The position numbers and the translations under genes were made by a program. A stretch of 63,451 nt of DNA, the filler included, from Diploschistes diacapsis (lineage: Eukaryota): the NCBI GenBank assembly GCA_023645945.1. It is 6 parts of 6 records of this genome, joined end to end, with 100 filler letters (N's around TTAATTAATTAA, not from the genome) between each part and the next. Parts side by side here need not be neighbours in the genome. Positions count along the whole stretch, not along the records: positions 42,421 to 52,896 come from JALAIB010000921.1; positions 52,997 to 63,451 come from JALAIB010000922.1; 4 more parts are not named here. One strand, 5' to 3'. This document shows, in pieces, positions 48,781 to 61,813 of this stretch; position 1 is the stretch's first letter; every line of letters begins with the position of its first letter. The notes below the pieces were generated by a model, which saw only the letters and a list, made by a program, of their open reading frames with translations, ran no database searches and was not told the origin of the DNA.

Positions 48781-49157
48781 GTGGCAAAGGCGTTAAGCTA
48801 TAACGTGGCATGCTTAGCGACGAATATGGGGGAAGCGTACATACAAGCAGGCCGATTGCTGCCTCTCGCGACTTGGGTACGGATCAGTACGTGTAGGAAG
48901 CGGATGGATTCACCACTTGCTAAACTGTATGATCATTGAGTTTGATTCGGACATTCCTAACAGACACCATGTACTAGTGCGGCATGGCAGCTGCAAAACG
49001 AAGATTGTGTCTACCCTTCTACGTCCATGGCCTTTTCCCAACCTCAAGTCTCTTCGCCACCTTTCCAGACCTGGCGCCAGGGTATCATACGAAAACAGAC
49101 ATTGTTGAATTGAGAATATTGCGCCGTCTTGTCGCCCTATGAGATCATGCGGTCCTG

Positions 49158-52100
49158 TTAATCGGCTATACCATCCACCGAAACCCCGAGAAGGGTGGCG
49201 TAAGGGGCAACCATGCGCTGGAGATCGCGATGTTTTCCTTGGCAAGCTTGTTAGTACTGGTGTTTCCGAACTGCTCTGCGAGAGTGAGACTTACCTAATA
49301 CAAGGACAACTCCTTGTAGCAGCTCCTTCCTAGGCCAGCCACAGAGCATCCCTTTCGAGGTCCCCCAAAAGTGATCCTCGCCTCCGCTACCGTCATTTGA
49401 CACCTTCAAATCACCAACATCGTCTGCAACGCCAAGCAAACTCCTCAGAAGCTCTTCCGCCTTCACCTTCGCCCCTTCGGCTCCTAGCCTTTTGGCGTAC
49501 ACAAGCAAGTTCGACTGGAACTCCTGCTTTGCTCCGAGCAGAACCGCAGCCGCGAGGCGATTCTCTAGGTGTCCTATCGACACGCTCGCTTCAAACGTTT
49601 CATAGCCCTCGCGCGAAAGGAGGGACTTGACGAGCCGTTGCGCTGAGTAAGCACGGCCTCGCAAGTGGGTCTCGTACGATGTGTGCTTTTCCAGAAACGA
49701 AATGATACCCGCTGAAGTGAGATCAGAGGACGTATCTTTGGTATTACCATTTGATTTCTTGAGGTCGGCAACAGAGGAGTCTGCACTGTTCCAATATTGG
49801 CTGATTACAGCCCACCAGACCTCTGACAGCCGCTGCCAGCAGTAGAGAGAAGGTGAATATGCATAGCCATCGCCATTTGTTAACCCGATAACGATTCGAC
49901 CCTTACTATTCAGATTCGCAGATGTTATGGCAGGGGCTTTAGTGGTATGAGTCGAAAGATATTGCGTTGCAGCATCAAGAATAGGTGCAACGGACACGGG
50001 AGGGTGAGGCGATGAGAGTGTGTGAACGTCCCACACATAGGCTAGACCAACGGCTGTTATGCAGAGAAGCCACGAATCCCGAGCTTCGAGAATCGCAGGC
50101 TGGCTTTCAAGCACAATCGCGTTCATAAGCCTGCGACCGCCTGGCGACCAAGCATAGATAGTTCCATCTTCACAAGCGGCAGCCCAGAATCCATATCCGC
50201 TAGCTACCAGCAGGACGCTTTTTGGGAGAAAATCCATCCAGATTGGCTGGTCTTTGTGGCACACCGAAATACGAGCTGGTTCGCGATCCTCATATCTCCC
50301 TGTAGGAGAGGGGCCCGTGGGGTTCTTAACGTCGAGGACCACGTCTGCTTCCTTTTCCTGCTTACCACTAGCAACGTTCTGCATGATCAGAGGATCAAAA
50401 CGCCTCGTAATAACAGTCCTAAGCTTTGGAACCGCAAGGCGAAGAGAGCTGACAGTCAGACTGGGGTTGACGACAGCAGGGCGTATGAATTCCGGGACCT
50501 GCGTTTGGCCTGTCGAGGGAGCAGGCTGTGCGAGCACTAGACCTTCGACATTGTTCTGAAGTATCGGTATGGCGCCATCACGACTCGCAGCAGCGACACG
50601 TTTTTCCGCGATTCCCTCTTCGTCGCCCTCGATAACGGCAAGTTTTCTTCTATTTCCAAGAATCACAGCACCCAGACCCCCTTTGGGCAGTCCATCATAC
50701 GGCCTAGATAGATCGAGTATGGATTGAGGAGCTTCGTTAGAAGGGCACTGTGATGCTGAGTGGGAAACGCGCAACTGAGTTCTGGGAAGAGCAGATTCGC
50801 CAACGTTTGAGCTCGAAACCAAAAGGGGCGCGACCCGCTTCTTCCCATCCTTGGTTATTGTGATTCGCTGTTTGATCCGCTCAGCTCCTGCACTTTGGGC
50901 AACCTGAACGGTGGCATCTTTATCCTTCGTCTCCTTCGGAGTGCCAGGTATTGTTTGGCTGTCGGTCAATTTCGGTCCAGAATCTCCATTCACTTGGCCA
51001 TTCGTGAGTGGAAACTTGACTCCGTTCACGTGGTTTTCTGATTGAGTGGCCACCAACGTCTTGTTTGTCTGTGCGGCAGCACCGCCATCACCCATAAGCG
51101 CACCCATGCGATCTTCGGCGCCTCGCATCTCCTCTTTTTTGCTCATCTCCTCCAGTAAGAGATTTGCCGGCGACTCTATTAGCCCAGCGGCTTTTCTACC
51201 GCCACCAAACCGTGCCAGGGCCTTCTGGTTCTCCTCTATGCTGGCTCTATATCCAAGTTCGCGATCCCCAAATACCAGGGCAATAATGCTGCCGTCTAAA
51301 CTTGTAGCGAAAAGGTGCGTGCCGTCTGCGCTCCACGCTAGATCGGATATAGACTTTGCGGCAAGCTCTTGAGCAATGATAATGGGCCGTGAGTTACTCG
51401 TAATCCACACGCTGATTGATTTGTCCTGACCAGCACAAGCGATAACGGTGACGAGTCCTGATAATTGTCCGCTTGCAGTTCGAGTCTGGTTTTCGGGCGG
51501 GACACTGGACCAAAGCCTTGGGCAAAATGCGCAGGCTTCTACTGGCAATTCGTGACCAATCAAGGCGATATCTCCTGCCCACGCTCCACGCTCGATAATG
51601 GCAACAGAGCTCACTGGGCCATTGACCGCGTTGACACAGCCAATATGTTGACCGTCTGGGGACCACGAGCAGCGTCTAAAGTATGTTGTGATTGGTGATC
51701 CAACGAAGGGGTCTTTTATTTCTTTCTCCCGTGTAAAGTTGTTTGTCTGGTCGTAAGCGGTCGAATTCGGACCCGGCGGGGTAAAGCGGAATACTTGCAC
51801 GCTTCTATCGTCGCTCGCCGTAGCAAAGTATTTGTTTGCAGGGTCAAAAGTTATTCCTTTTACATGACTTTGATGTGTTGTGATAGTTTTCAGTTTCTCA
51901 AACGTGTACCCTGACCAAACAACAACTTTTGAATCCAAACCAACAGACACAAGTATCGACGAGTCGTAAGCCCATCCAAGATCTTGCACATCATTGTCAT
52001 GCCCAATAAGTCGCCTAAAGATACGCCAATTCTCAACAGGCGGAGCTTCGTTCGTGCCTACCAGCGAGTAAACGTAAGCGGGTTTTCTCCCTTGTTAATA

Positions 52101-52500
52101 GAACGAAGCTCACCAAATGTTGCAGCATGAGATGGTGGGTTAGGATCAAGCACGTAAATGCATACAATCTTATCGTCGGCGCCTGACGCTAGGTATTTGC
52201 CATTTGGGGAGAAGCGAACCGTATGAATCGTGCCGGAGTGATGGCTCATCGAGGCAAGCTGCTTTGGTTTGCCATAATTAGGGTCGGCAGCGTTGTAGAT
52301 AGCTTCAGTCGACCAGATACGGACGTGTCCATCTAGTTTTCTTGTCAGACGGCTAACAAGGGGACACTGGGCGCTTTTGTTCTATTACCTCCAGCCGCCG
52401 TGACCAGTCTACTTCCATCTGGGGAGACATGGCAGCTGTACACTTCGAAGTCCTTCTTCTCGCCGCTGTGCGTCAGCCATAAAGGACGTATGATATGCAT
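49158..52500 (-). CDS. HIR1: Histone chaperone/transcriptional corepressor Hir1 (HIRA), multi-exon
   Basis: MHIIRPLWLTHSGEKKDFEVYSCHVSPDG, WD40 repeats, TYFRRCSWSPDG, B-motif QRITITKDGKKRVAPL, SIGHLENRL and last exon GKHRDLQR. Confidence 0.96.
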
Positions 52501-52896
52501 GCTGAAAAGCTAATATGGTATTGCCGCCGCATAGCTAGCTTTGCGACTTCGGATGAGATGTCCTTTGGTGCAAAAGATGGGCTAGAAGACCTGGATCAAG
52601 CCTAAAAGTTGTTGAGCAGTAGGCGCATCCCGATATCCTTGGTCCCTTCCCTTTGTCAATGGGTAAGAAGTCCAGGTGCATGCCTATGGGTTGCAGACCA
52701 AAGACCGTGTAGTGTTTAGGAACAGCGCTAGAATACAGCCCTACCGCCTTTTCTTCGGGGGCAGTTATTCTGACCGAAATAAACGCTATTACATAAGTAA
52801 ATTATCGGAGTTGACACTTCCGATCTTTCTGAATTTTCTATGTCTTCCCACTACATCTCAATATACGTGCACGGTTTATTTGAAGCAAAGAATATC

Positions 52897-52996
52897 NNNN
52901 NNNNNNNNNNNNNNNNNNNNNNNNNNNNNNNNNNNNNNNNTTAATTAATTAANNNNNNNNNNNNNNNNNNNNNNNNNNNNNNNNNNNNNNNNNNNN
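52897..52996. other. Artificial contig spacer
   Basis: N44-TTAATTAATTAA-N44. Confidence 0.97.
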
Positions 52997-53350
52997 CTTT
53001 GCTTGTACGCCCCTGCGCCTCATAACTCTCGCCTGGGGGAGCACACACAAACCGGCGACATCTTTTCATCTTATTTCTGCAGCCACGCTTTAACCAGTGT
53101 GGTAAGGCTGAAGACCTGGCGCTCCCAACCCCCAGGCCCCCAACTTTTCTTGACAGTTGCGGATTTCATAACAGCAACCATACTTTGCCCTTTCATGTCC
53201 ATTCTTACTGTGGGTTTTGTATTCACTCCGGAATCTTCTTTGAACTCGCTTCTCTAATCTTCTTTAATTGTGCACTGTCGAACGACTTACTTTATTTCAT
53301 TTGTCTGTGCGATTGACTTTTCTTGGCCCACGCGGGTCGGCTGAGGCACT

Positions 53351-54745
53351 ATGGCGGTAAGTCTGGAGTCATGCTGCACACTTATCTTGGAAAGCTTTAT
53401 CTGTAAGTTGGTAAAATGAAACATGCTGATTTGTAATTGTACTATAGCAACAAGGTGGATACAATCAGTCTGGCTATGGCCGGGATGATCGCTACAACCA
53501 GCAGGCTGGCAATCCATATGCACAATCGGGAAATCCCTATACTCAGCAGCAAGCCTCGAGCCCTTATGCGCAACAGCAATCGAATCCATATACTCAACAG
53601 CAATCCAACCCATATACCCAACAACAGGCCAATCCTTACGCTCAACAGCAGAACAACGGACATGGACAGCAAGCTGGAAATCGGTATGCACAGCAATCTG
53701 ATACTCAATATGGACAACAGCGGCCTCAAGCTGGAGGCTATGTTGCTGGTGAGCGCTGACCCAATTGGAACCTTGAGGAAAAGCTTGCTTATCGGACAAG
53801 GCTCTGATGACGTGGAAATGGGTCAAATGAACGGGCAGAGGCCCGCACAAAATGGCGAATATACCTTGCTCGACGAAGTCAATGATATTCGAAGGGCCGT
53901 CCAGTCCCTCACGCAGAGGAACTTCCCGAACGTCAGAGCGCTTCAACAAAGCGTTCTAGACGATCCGAAGGCCAGTACAGAGACGGAAGCTCACAGGCAA
54001 CTGGATTCTCTCGATGCTGATACCATGGCTGCATTCAGAAACTTCACGGAGAGGGTCAACAAGCTCAAGGCTAGGCAAGGAGCTGGTAATTCAGAGAATG
54101 CGCCGTCAATCAAAAGTGTACAGAATATGTTAGGAAAGGAGCTCACGAACTATCAAGAGATAAAAAATGAGCATCGTAAGAAATGCGAAGAGCAGATTGA
54201 ACGGCAACTACGCTATGTCAAAGCCGACGTTACACAGGAGGAAATCCAAGAAGCCATCGAAAATGGTGGGCAAGTTTTTGCGCAGCAGGTATGAATTATG
54301 CACACCTTTTACTTGTACAATGCGCTGACTGCTTCTCAGATACAGCAAAGTACTCGCCTTGGTCAAAGCCGAGCTATTCTCAACAATCTCAATGGCCGAC
54401 ATCAAGATATCCAAAAACTAGAGCGGCAAGTTACGGATATGGCACAGATGTTCCAAGATCTCAACCGGTTGGTTGTGGCACAGGAGGAGCAGGTTGCAAA
54501 CATCAACCAAAGAGCGGAAGAAACCGCAGAACATGTCAGAAAAGGTGCTGGGGAGACAGTTATCGCAGTCGACTCTGCCCGTGCTGCTCGACGAAAGAAG
54601 TGGATTTGTTTCTGGATTGTCGGTAAGTGTCGCATGTCTGAACGAGTTGTCGTCCACGGTACTGATTCTTTGTTTAGTGGCAATCATCCTTATCGCTGCA
54701 GCTATCATTGGCATCGTTGTTGGCATCACTCATAAAGGATCTTGA
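53351..54745 (+). CDS. Plasma-membrane syntaxin (Sso1/Sso2/Psy1-like Qa-SNARE), 5 exons
   Basis: ATG GCG|GTAAGT start, NPY-rich exon 53448-53748, Habc region, SNARE motif RHQDIQKLERQVTDMAQMFQDLNRLVVAQEEQV, ARAARRKKWICFWI and a C-terminal TM. Confidence 0.88.
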
Positions 54746-55245
54746 TGAAGGCAACAGGCACAGAACCATTTATTCTTAGGGCGCCAAGGGTCATTTTTAG
54801 GCTTGAGGGAAATGGGAAAAGCCTATGCCCGCGGCGGCAGTGTATTCTAGCACACTGACTTTTAATATCATATATGTTTTATAGAAGTTTTTCTCTACGC
54901 GTCTCGGTCTTCTGACTTTTGTGTACACTTTTTGGCTGAAGTTCTCTAGAAGGAAGTTTGTAGAGAGACTACTTACCATTGATCCCTTCGTGCTGCCATC
55001 TGACACTCCGGAGTTTGCTTGAAGTTAATGAACCCATACTACCCCGGTTCGTATTGCTGAGAAAGCTTGAGCATTCTCTCACAATTTGGAACCCCTTTTA
55101 GAGAAAGGCACAAGTTTCCAGAAGTCGTGATTAATCACATACCCTCTTTTAGCGAGCGGATGCGGGCTTTTCGAGTTCTGCCAAGTCCCAACTGCTCCAA
55201 CTACATTCATCTTCCCAATTCCTGATAGTGGGACCTGCCACAACG

Positions 55246-57361
55246 ATGGGAAGGATCAAAAAGAGAGGCAAGTTCCTTAATCTTAGCATACGTATATCAC
55301 TTACTAATTCCTCATATAGGCGTCTCCGGACAAGCCAAGAACTATATCACCCGAACCCAAGCTGTGCGAAAGCTTCAAGTTTCTTTGCCTGACTTCCGAC
55401 GACTCTGCATCTTTAAGGGCATATATCCTCGAGAACCGCGGAACAAGAAGAAAGCATCCAAGTCCTCCACTCCCTCCACGACGTTCTATTACAGCAAAGA
55501 TATCCAATACCTCCTGCACGAGCCTCTGCTCGGGAAATTTCGAGACCACAAAGCACTATCTAAGAAGATTGCTAAATCCCTGGGCCGCGGTGACATCGGC
55601 GATGCCGCAAGGTTAGAGAAGAAGGGAACTATAAAGCTCTCTCTGGACCATGTGATCAAAGAGCGGTACCCTACTTTTGTTGACGCTCTGAGAGATCTGG
55701 ATGATGCTCTCTCTATGCTGTTTCTATTCGCTAATCTCCCATCTACAACGACGGTACCTTGGAAGACGATACGATTATGCCAACGGCTCTGTTACGAGTT
55801 CCAGCTATACGTTATATCTAGCCACTCCCTACGGAAGTCGTTCCTATCAATAAAAGGTATCTACTACCAGGCTACCATACAAGGGCAAGATATTATGTGG
55901 CTAGTCCCATATAAGTTCGTTCAACAAGTAACAGGCGATGTGGATTTTCGGATCATGGGAACCTTCATCGAATTCTACACGACTTTGCTTAGCTTTGTCA
56001 ACTTCCGTCTTTACTCTTCGATTGGCTTGGTATACCCACCGCACTTTAACACTCACAGTGACGAAAACGGTGCTGAATTAGGAGCATTTAGCTTGGAGAG
56101 CGTTCGTATTGGAGATGATGTGGAGAAGACCAAAGCAGTCCCCGCAGGCCAATTGCCCAGATCCACGCCGAATGTCACAGAAAGGCTCAAGGAAATTGAG
56201 CAATCTCAGGCAGGTGTCACCGTTTTGGAGGAAGTGAAGCAGGATGCTACAGCTGCACAATCAGAAGAACAAGAGCCTGAAGCAGAGAACGCTATTGACA
56301 AGTTTGAAGTTGCAGGCGCTGGCGCTGATGTCCTCCTCCAACCTCAAATTGGTAGCGCAGAAGCCTCGAACTTGTTTTCTTCTACACATATCTTCCTATC
56401 AAGAGAGTCACCACGACATGCGCTGGAATTCGTTCTCAAAGCGTTCGGTTGCAAGAGAGTTAGCTGGGATCGTGTCCTCGGTGGAGGTGCGTTCAGTCAG
56501 ACGGAAGAAGACTCTTCAATAACCCATCAGATCGTTGATCGGCCGTCAGTCCCAACGACAATTGACAGTGAGTCCCAAGAGGCCTCGCGAAAAGGCGACC
56601 CTCTTTCAGCGAAAGCTGCACCTGGCTATCGGTTCCCCGGGCGGATCTACGTCCAGCCTCAATGGGTTTGGGATTGTGTCAACGCAGGAAGGCTGCTTCA
56701 GCCGGATCTTTATGCTCCGGGCGCAGTCTTGCCGCCTCATCTCAGCCCATGGGTCAAACCCAAGGCAGGCGTTTATGACCCTACGATTCCGTTGACTGAC
56801 CAAGAATCGAAAGAAGAAGAAGAGGACGTTCAAGAGCACAGAGAAATGACAAACAACTCTGTACCAGGCAAAGCTATCGTTACACCGGCCGAACTAGCAC
56901 ATGAAGATCATAAAAATATTGGAGACGAGGTCTTGAGCTCTCGTGGCGAAGTATACACGACAGAAACCGCTACCAATCACCACGATGGCGATATGGGGAA
57001 CGAAAATGAATCAACCAATGATCTTGAATTCGCTGGGTTCGATGAAGAGGAGAACGTGGTAAATGTTAACGTTTATCAAGCTGAACTGGAGGCCGAAGCT
57101 GCTGGGTTTCAGTACTCTCAGAAGTCATCAAAGGTTGGGGATCATGGCATTGTTAGCCACGAGAAGCCCGACGCGAGTAGTCTTTCACGGAAAGGCAACC
57201 CTAAGAGGCGTCAAAAGGAAGCAGAACTCGAGCGTCGTCTTGGTATGGCAACCAGAAAGAACCGTAAGCTATACGAGAAAATGATGCACGGGAGACAGCT
57301 TCAAGACCAGGAGGCAGCTAATTTAAGGCATAAGCGGAGACGAATCGAGCGAGAACCGTAA
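55246..57361 (+). CDS. NOP7: Pescadillo/Nop7 ribosome biogenesis factor (GC-AG intron 55268-55319)
   Basis: MGRIKKRG|VSGQAKNYITRTQAVRKLQVSLPDFRRLCIFKGIYPREP, KERYPTFVDALRDLDD, BRCT ITHQIVDRP...YVQPQWVWDC and LPPHLSPW. Confidence 0.97.
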
Positions 57362-57599
57362 TGCTCTTGTTCTTATTATTTCTGAAACTGAATGCAGGCG
57401 CAACGCATTCGGTGATCAATGAGAAATAGTTGATAACCGTTTTCGCGCCGCAAATTTACGCTGCCACCATTTGCGATCCGGAATCGCTGAACTCCATATG
57501 CAAATGCCTAGTAGTGAGTTCCAAATTACAGAGCCAAGTTCCGTTAAAGAGGCGTCCGCCATGCCTCAGGATTTTGACCAGGGCCAGAATGGTATTGAC

Positions 57600-60500
57600 C
57601 TATAAACTTTGTCCCATTCTCTCCAACTTTGACCGGCTCTTTTGGGTCATTGGGTTATCAGGTCCGTAGTTCTGCGCCAAACTTTCTTCTACCTCCTTCT
57701 CGATTTTGATAGCTTTCTTGAATTTGCCCTGATTCATTATCGCAATCGCTAGGTTCTCTTTCGTAGACGAAGCTATTCGAGAGTCTGCATGCATTCGAGC
57801 TGTTTCTCCACGTAGCAAAGCCCTCAATTGCTTCTCCCCCTCTTTGTTCCTTCCCTTTGTTTATGCCTATGATAGCCAATTTTGGCTTCGTGATACAGTT
57901 CCTCGGCTTCTGTCCTTTTTTTTTTGGCTTACGAGGATTGTCGCCAAGTTGCACCTCGTCACAACCAGAAAATCCCAACGATCCAGCGAGCGCCCTTTGC
58001 TATTCTGAAGCGCCTTATGGTAGACGACTTCTGCTTCGTCGATTCTACCCATCTCTAATAGGAGTGTCCCGTAACTGGCGCGACAGTTCAATACAACCCC
58101 ATTATTCTCTCCATAGACTCGCTCTAAGCCTACTAGAGCCTGTTTATAAAGCTCTTCTGCTTCCGAATATCGCCCGGTCTTGGAGTAGAGCATAGCCAGC
58201 TGGTGACGAACATCGTACCTTCTCGGATGATCTGATGGAAGGTCGGAATCGACCTTTTCTCGGATCAGCTGGAGGATATCTTCAGCCTCTTTCCACTTTC
58301 CCAACTCTTTATAAGCGCTGGAGAGCACTGATGAAGCGAACATCGTCCTTTGGCTGTCTGGACCGTAGAAGCGTCGTGATGCGTCCACGGCCCTGCGAGC
58401 ATACGACTCGACATGCTTCGGGAATCCCAAGTTTAGGTGCGCTGATCGAAAAGTCTAGCAGTAAGTCAGGGACTAAGTGACAATACTCTGCTTGTCGTTT
58501 GTGAGAAAGTAAAACTGCGAGTACTTCTTCTTGGATGGCTAACGCTTCAGCCCAAATTCCCAATCTCTCCTGTGATCCCTGCTAGGATTAACTTGCTCTT
58601 CTGGACCTCGACGTCTTGGTCGCCGACTGCCTCGGTCTTTATTTTTACGGCACCTATCGTGTATGCGGCGGCCATATTTAGGTTTCCGTGTGACATGAAA
58701 TAGTTAGCCAAACGATCCTGTAGTCGCCCATAGTCCAATCCACATTTTTGGAAGTCACGCTGGCAGAGCATGACTTCTTCTGCATGTCGATAAAGTATGT
58801 GACACTGCGGCCAAGAATCATAATGTCCCCGCGGGAGGGAATTGCCGGATCATCTTTTGGAGGGCATCAAATCTGAATCTTTCGATAGTTTTGCTGAGAA
58901 ATAAATGGTGCCTAGTCACGAACTGGATCAGTCGATGCATTTTCAAGATCCTCCCCATGAGTTGTTCTTACGAAATCGAAATCCAGAAGGGGGCAAAGCG
59001 CCGCTTCGAAGGCTTTATCTTCTGTATCCTCTCGTAGTATAGACTGAGGCAAAGCTTGATAATGATAAAATACCATCAGATACAGCAACTCTGCTGCTTG
59101 AGGATGCTTCTTCTCAATCATGCGCAAAGAAATCAGCCAGGTGTTGGCAACAGCGTGCGGAGCCCTTTCTTCGTCTTCGGTGAGGTATTCTGAAATCTTC
59201 TGCTCACGCCGCAGGCACTCTTCATTGTGTTGCAGCATCCGAACATTCAAGCTCTCATTCTTGTTTCGCGTATATCTATCTGATAGATTTTCAAATACTT
59301 TCTAACTGCCATTTCCTCGTTCGCTATATAAGCAGCAGCTTGACTGATTGCGAGTGGTATATAATCAAGTGTATCTAGCAACTCCCTGTCACTGAAGGTT
59401 GGTATAGAGTCTCTGGAGATATAGTTGTTCCCGAATGGTATCGAATCAAGCTCGACAAGAAGCTCACTTCCACTCACGTTTGGTGGTGGGTCTCTGAAAC
59501 TATCTGGTATTCGAGATCTAAGTAGCTTGTACGACTCTTTTTGAGACATGGGATTCACCTTGATAAGATTGTTACCATCATCAACAAGCCGGAAAGCGGA
59601 ACGTCGTACACGGCTTGTGACTAGGATCTTCCCATGCGCCACCTGCGGTATGAAGTCGATGAGGAGCTTCTGGTAAGCTTGAACGTCCGTCTCGGAAGGT
59701 ATCCGCACTGGTCTCTTTTTCGAAGAGGTACTTATCGTCGTCCGCACCGTCGAGGACCATCAACCACCAACCGTGCCTTGATTCTCTTAGCCAATCAGAC
59801 ACCTTAACGAAGACATCCTCCATCTTTTTCGACTTCCATACCCGTCTGAAGTTTCGAAATTTCCAGATAAGAAGACTCGAATGTGGCCTTATCGGTAGCT
59901 CTGACCCACGTGTCAGGAGCAGCAGCCCTGAACCTGTACGCATATTCGATTGCTATTTGCGATTTACTACAGATCAATTCTGGTTAGTCAAGAGCTCAGC
60001 GAGGGGACTGCCCGATCAGACCACGTACCCCATGCCACCTAATCCATGAAGACCGGCTCGTCTATGACCGCCAACAGCAAAAACACCTTATCTATAGCGG
60101 TGATGATATCGTCACGCGGTACGAAATGTTTATCTTTTGCAATAGGTATGTTGTCCGAAGACACGGGGCCCATTTTCGGTTTGGCTATTCCGAATGATTC
60201 GATTAGCATCTGCGCCTTGCGAATATAATCCAATCCGAGGAACATACTTCAAAGACTACAAAGTTGTTGGGAAGTATCATGTACATGGTACCAATCGGTT
60301 TATTTTGTTCACTTAAGCTCACATACAGAATTCGTTAGAGACATGCAATGGCGCATCACGCTCCCATTTGGTGAAAGAGCGGAACACAGTCTTGTATTCC
60401 CATCCTGACGCCTCAGCTTAGCAATGGTTGAGTTGGGTTTTATCGAAGGCCGGGACTGGTGTTTCTGTTGTTGCCGGTAGCAAGAGCAAAGCTCTATCGG

Positions 60501-61813
60501 AACTCAATGTTGTAACAAGAGGTCCCGAGCGCTCCCATTGTCCGGTCTCCTTATTCTACAGCACTCAGTATGCGCACAGGATCCGGAAGGACAAGCCTAC
60601 CTTTTGGAGTGATTTCTCAGCATTGGCCTCCGTAAAGGAAATTATTTTCTCGACCGAATCAGGTCTTTGAACTCGGAAGACAATGTTCTCAGAAGGCTTG
60701 AGTTCGTCCCGATCTCCTTAAAAAGAGACGCTAAAGGGTGGCGATCCTTCTCCAACTCGTGTGTCAGGTTCTCGAAGTCGATCTCGCCATGGGGTACCGC
60801 AAAGAACATGATACCATACGTGGCTTTGTATAAGGAGATAATAGCACGGTCGCCATAATCGTGGACTTGATTGGCCTTGACGAACGCCTATCGGCAGTCA
60901 GCGCAAGCGCCACGTACCTTATGGCAGTAATTCCTCGTGTGAACCTACTCTCATGACCAGAATACCACCAAAGCTATACGCGATGAAGAAGATAGGGCGT
61001 TTCTGAATCTAGAGGAGCAACCAAATGTCAGCATAAACCTTCTTTATGCCACGACAGAGCTGTGCTACCTCATCAGTGGCTCGCACGTCCTTAAGATCCT
61101 CCAGAAACCGCTGAGCGTACTGTTCAAGCGACCCGCCCGCATGACCCGAAAGTTTCGAATTGTATCCATACACCGTCGTTCGAAAGCGAGGAAAGTCCTC
61201 GCTGAGAAAATCACGCAGCCACATTTCGCTCGGCGCTTTTGTTGTCCAGGATCCATATGCGTGGCCGTCAATGCCGTAAATTGCACTAACACTGTGTAGC
61301 CTAGCTTCACTAACACTATGACCTCCTTAAGGGTGTATCACCTACTCAGCTATACAACAATTATTCGCCAGAATCTGTAGTCGCTGAGTGAATCCATGAA
61401 AATGCACATCAAAAGACTATAATCCTCCGGTTTAGCCTCTCCGCCACCTCCTCAAGCGGGTGCTGGTTCAATTTGTGACAGGAAATCAGGGAGTTTCCCA
61501 CTGTAAAAGTCCAGGAGAGCTTCGTTATGTGGGTCTGTTGGATCACAAGACGGTACAATGGTGGGTATCGGCTGGAATTCCCTCCCCCCCATTCTCTTCT
61601 TAAGGAAGTCGTACAGCATGTCTTCTATGGATTGCTGGATCTCCTGGAGGAAGACCTCGGACACGCACTGTTCTTGTCTTGGTGTAGGTAGTAGGACCAC
61701 CAGATCGCCGTAGGGCCGGTGGAATCTCCAGAGGCTCTATCCCCGTCAGATTGCCTATGGTCACAGTATCCTGGGTCCGAGTACGGGTCTGAGAAAGCTG
61801 AAGCTTGAGCCAT
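57600..61813 (-). pseudogene. Fungal NLR: alpha/beta hydrolase (SesB/SERAC1-like) + NB-ARC + TPR, multiply frameshifted
   Basis: Hydrolase GHAYGSW...MWLRDFL...TVYGYNSKL, RPIFFIAYSFGGI, GIMFFAVPH; P-loop LHGLGGMG|KSQIAIEYAY; Walker B WLMVLDGADD; GKILVTSR; YIPLAISQAAAYI; MHRLIQ; TPRs LGKWKEAE, TGRYSEAEELYKQAL, QGKFKKA. Confidence 0.88.

Noticed and set aside
53437..53800. ORF-track N-terminus MYYSNKVD... for the syntaxin
   Set aside because: Wrong frame; splice signals support the NPY-rich frame
36340..61813. NLR, APH kinase and DUF6601 as cargo of the captain
   Set aside because: They lie on different contigs joined by artificial spacers and sit beside housekeeping genes
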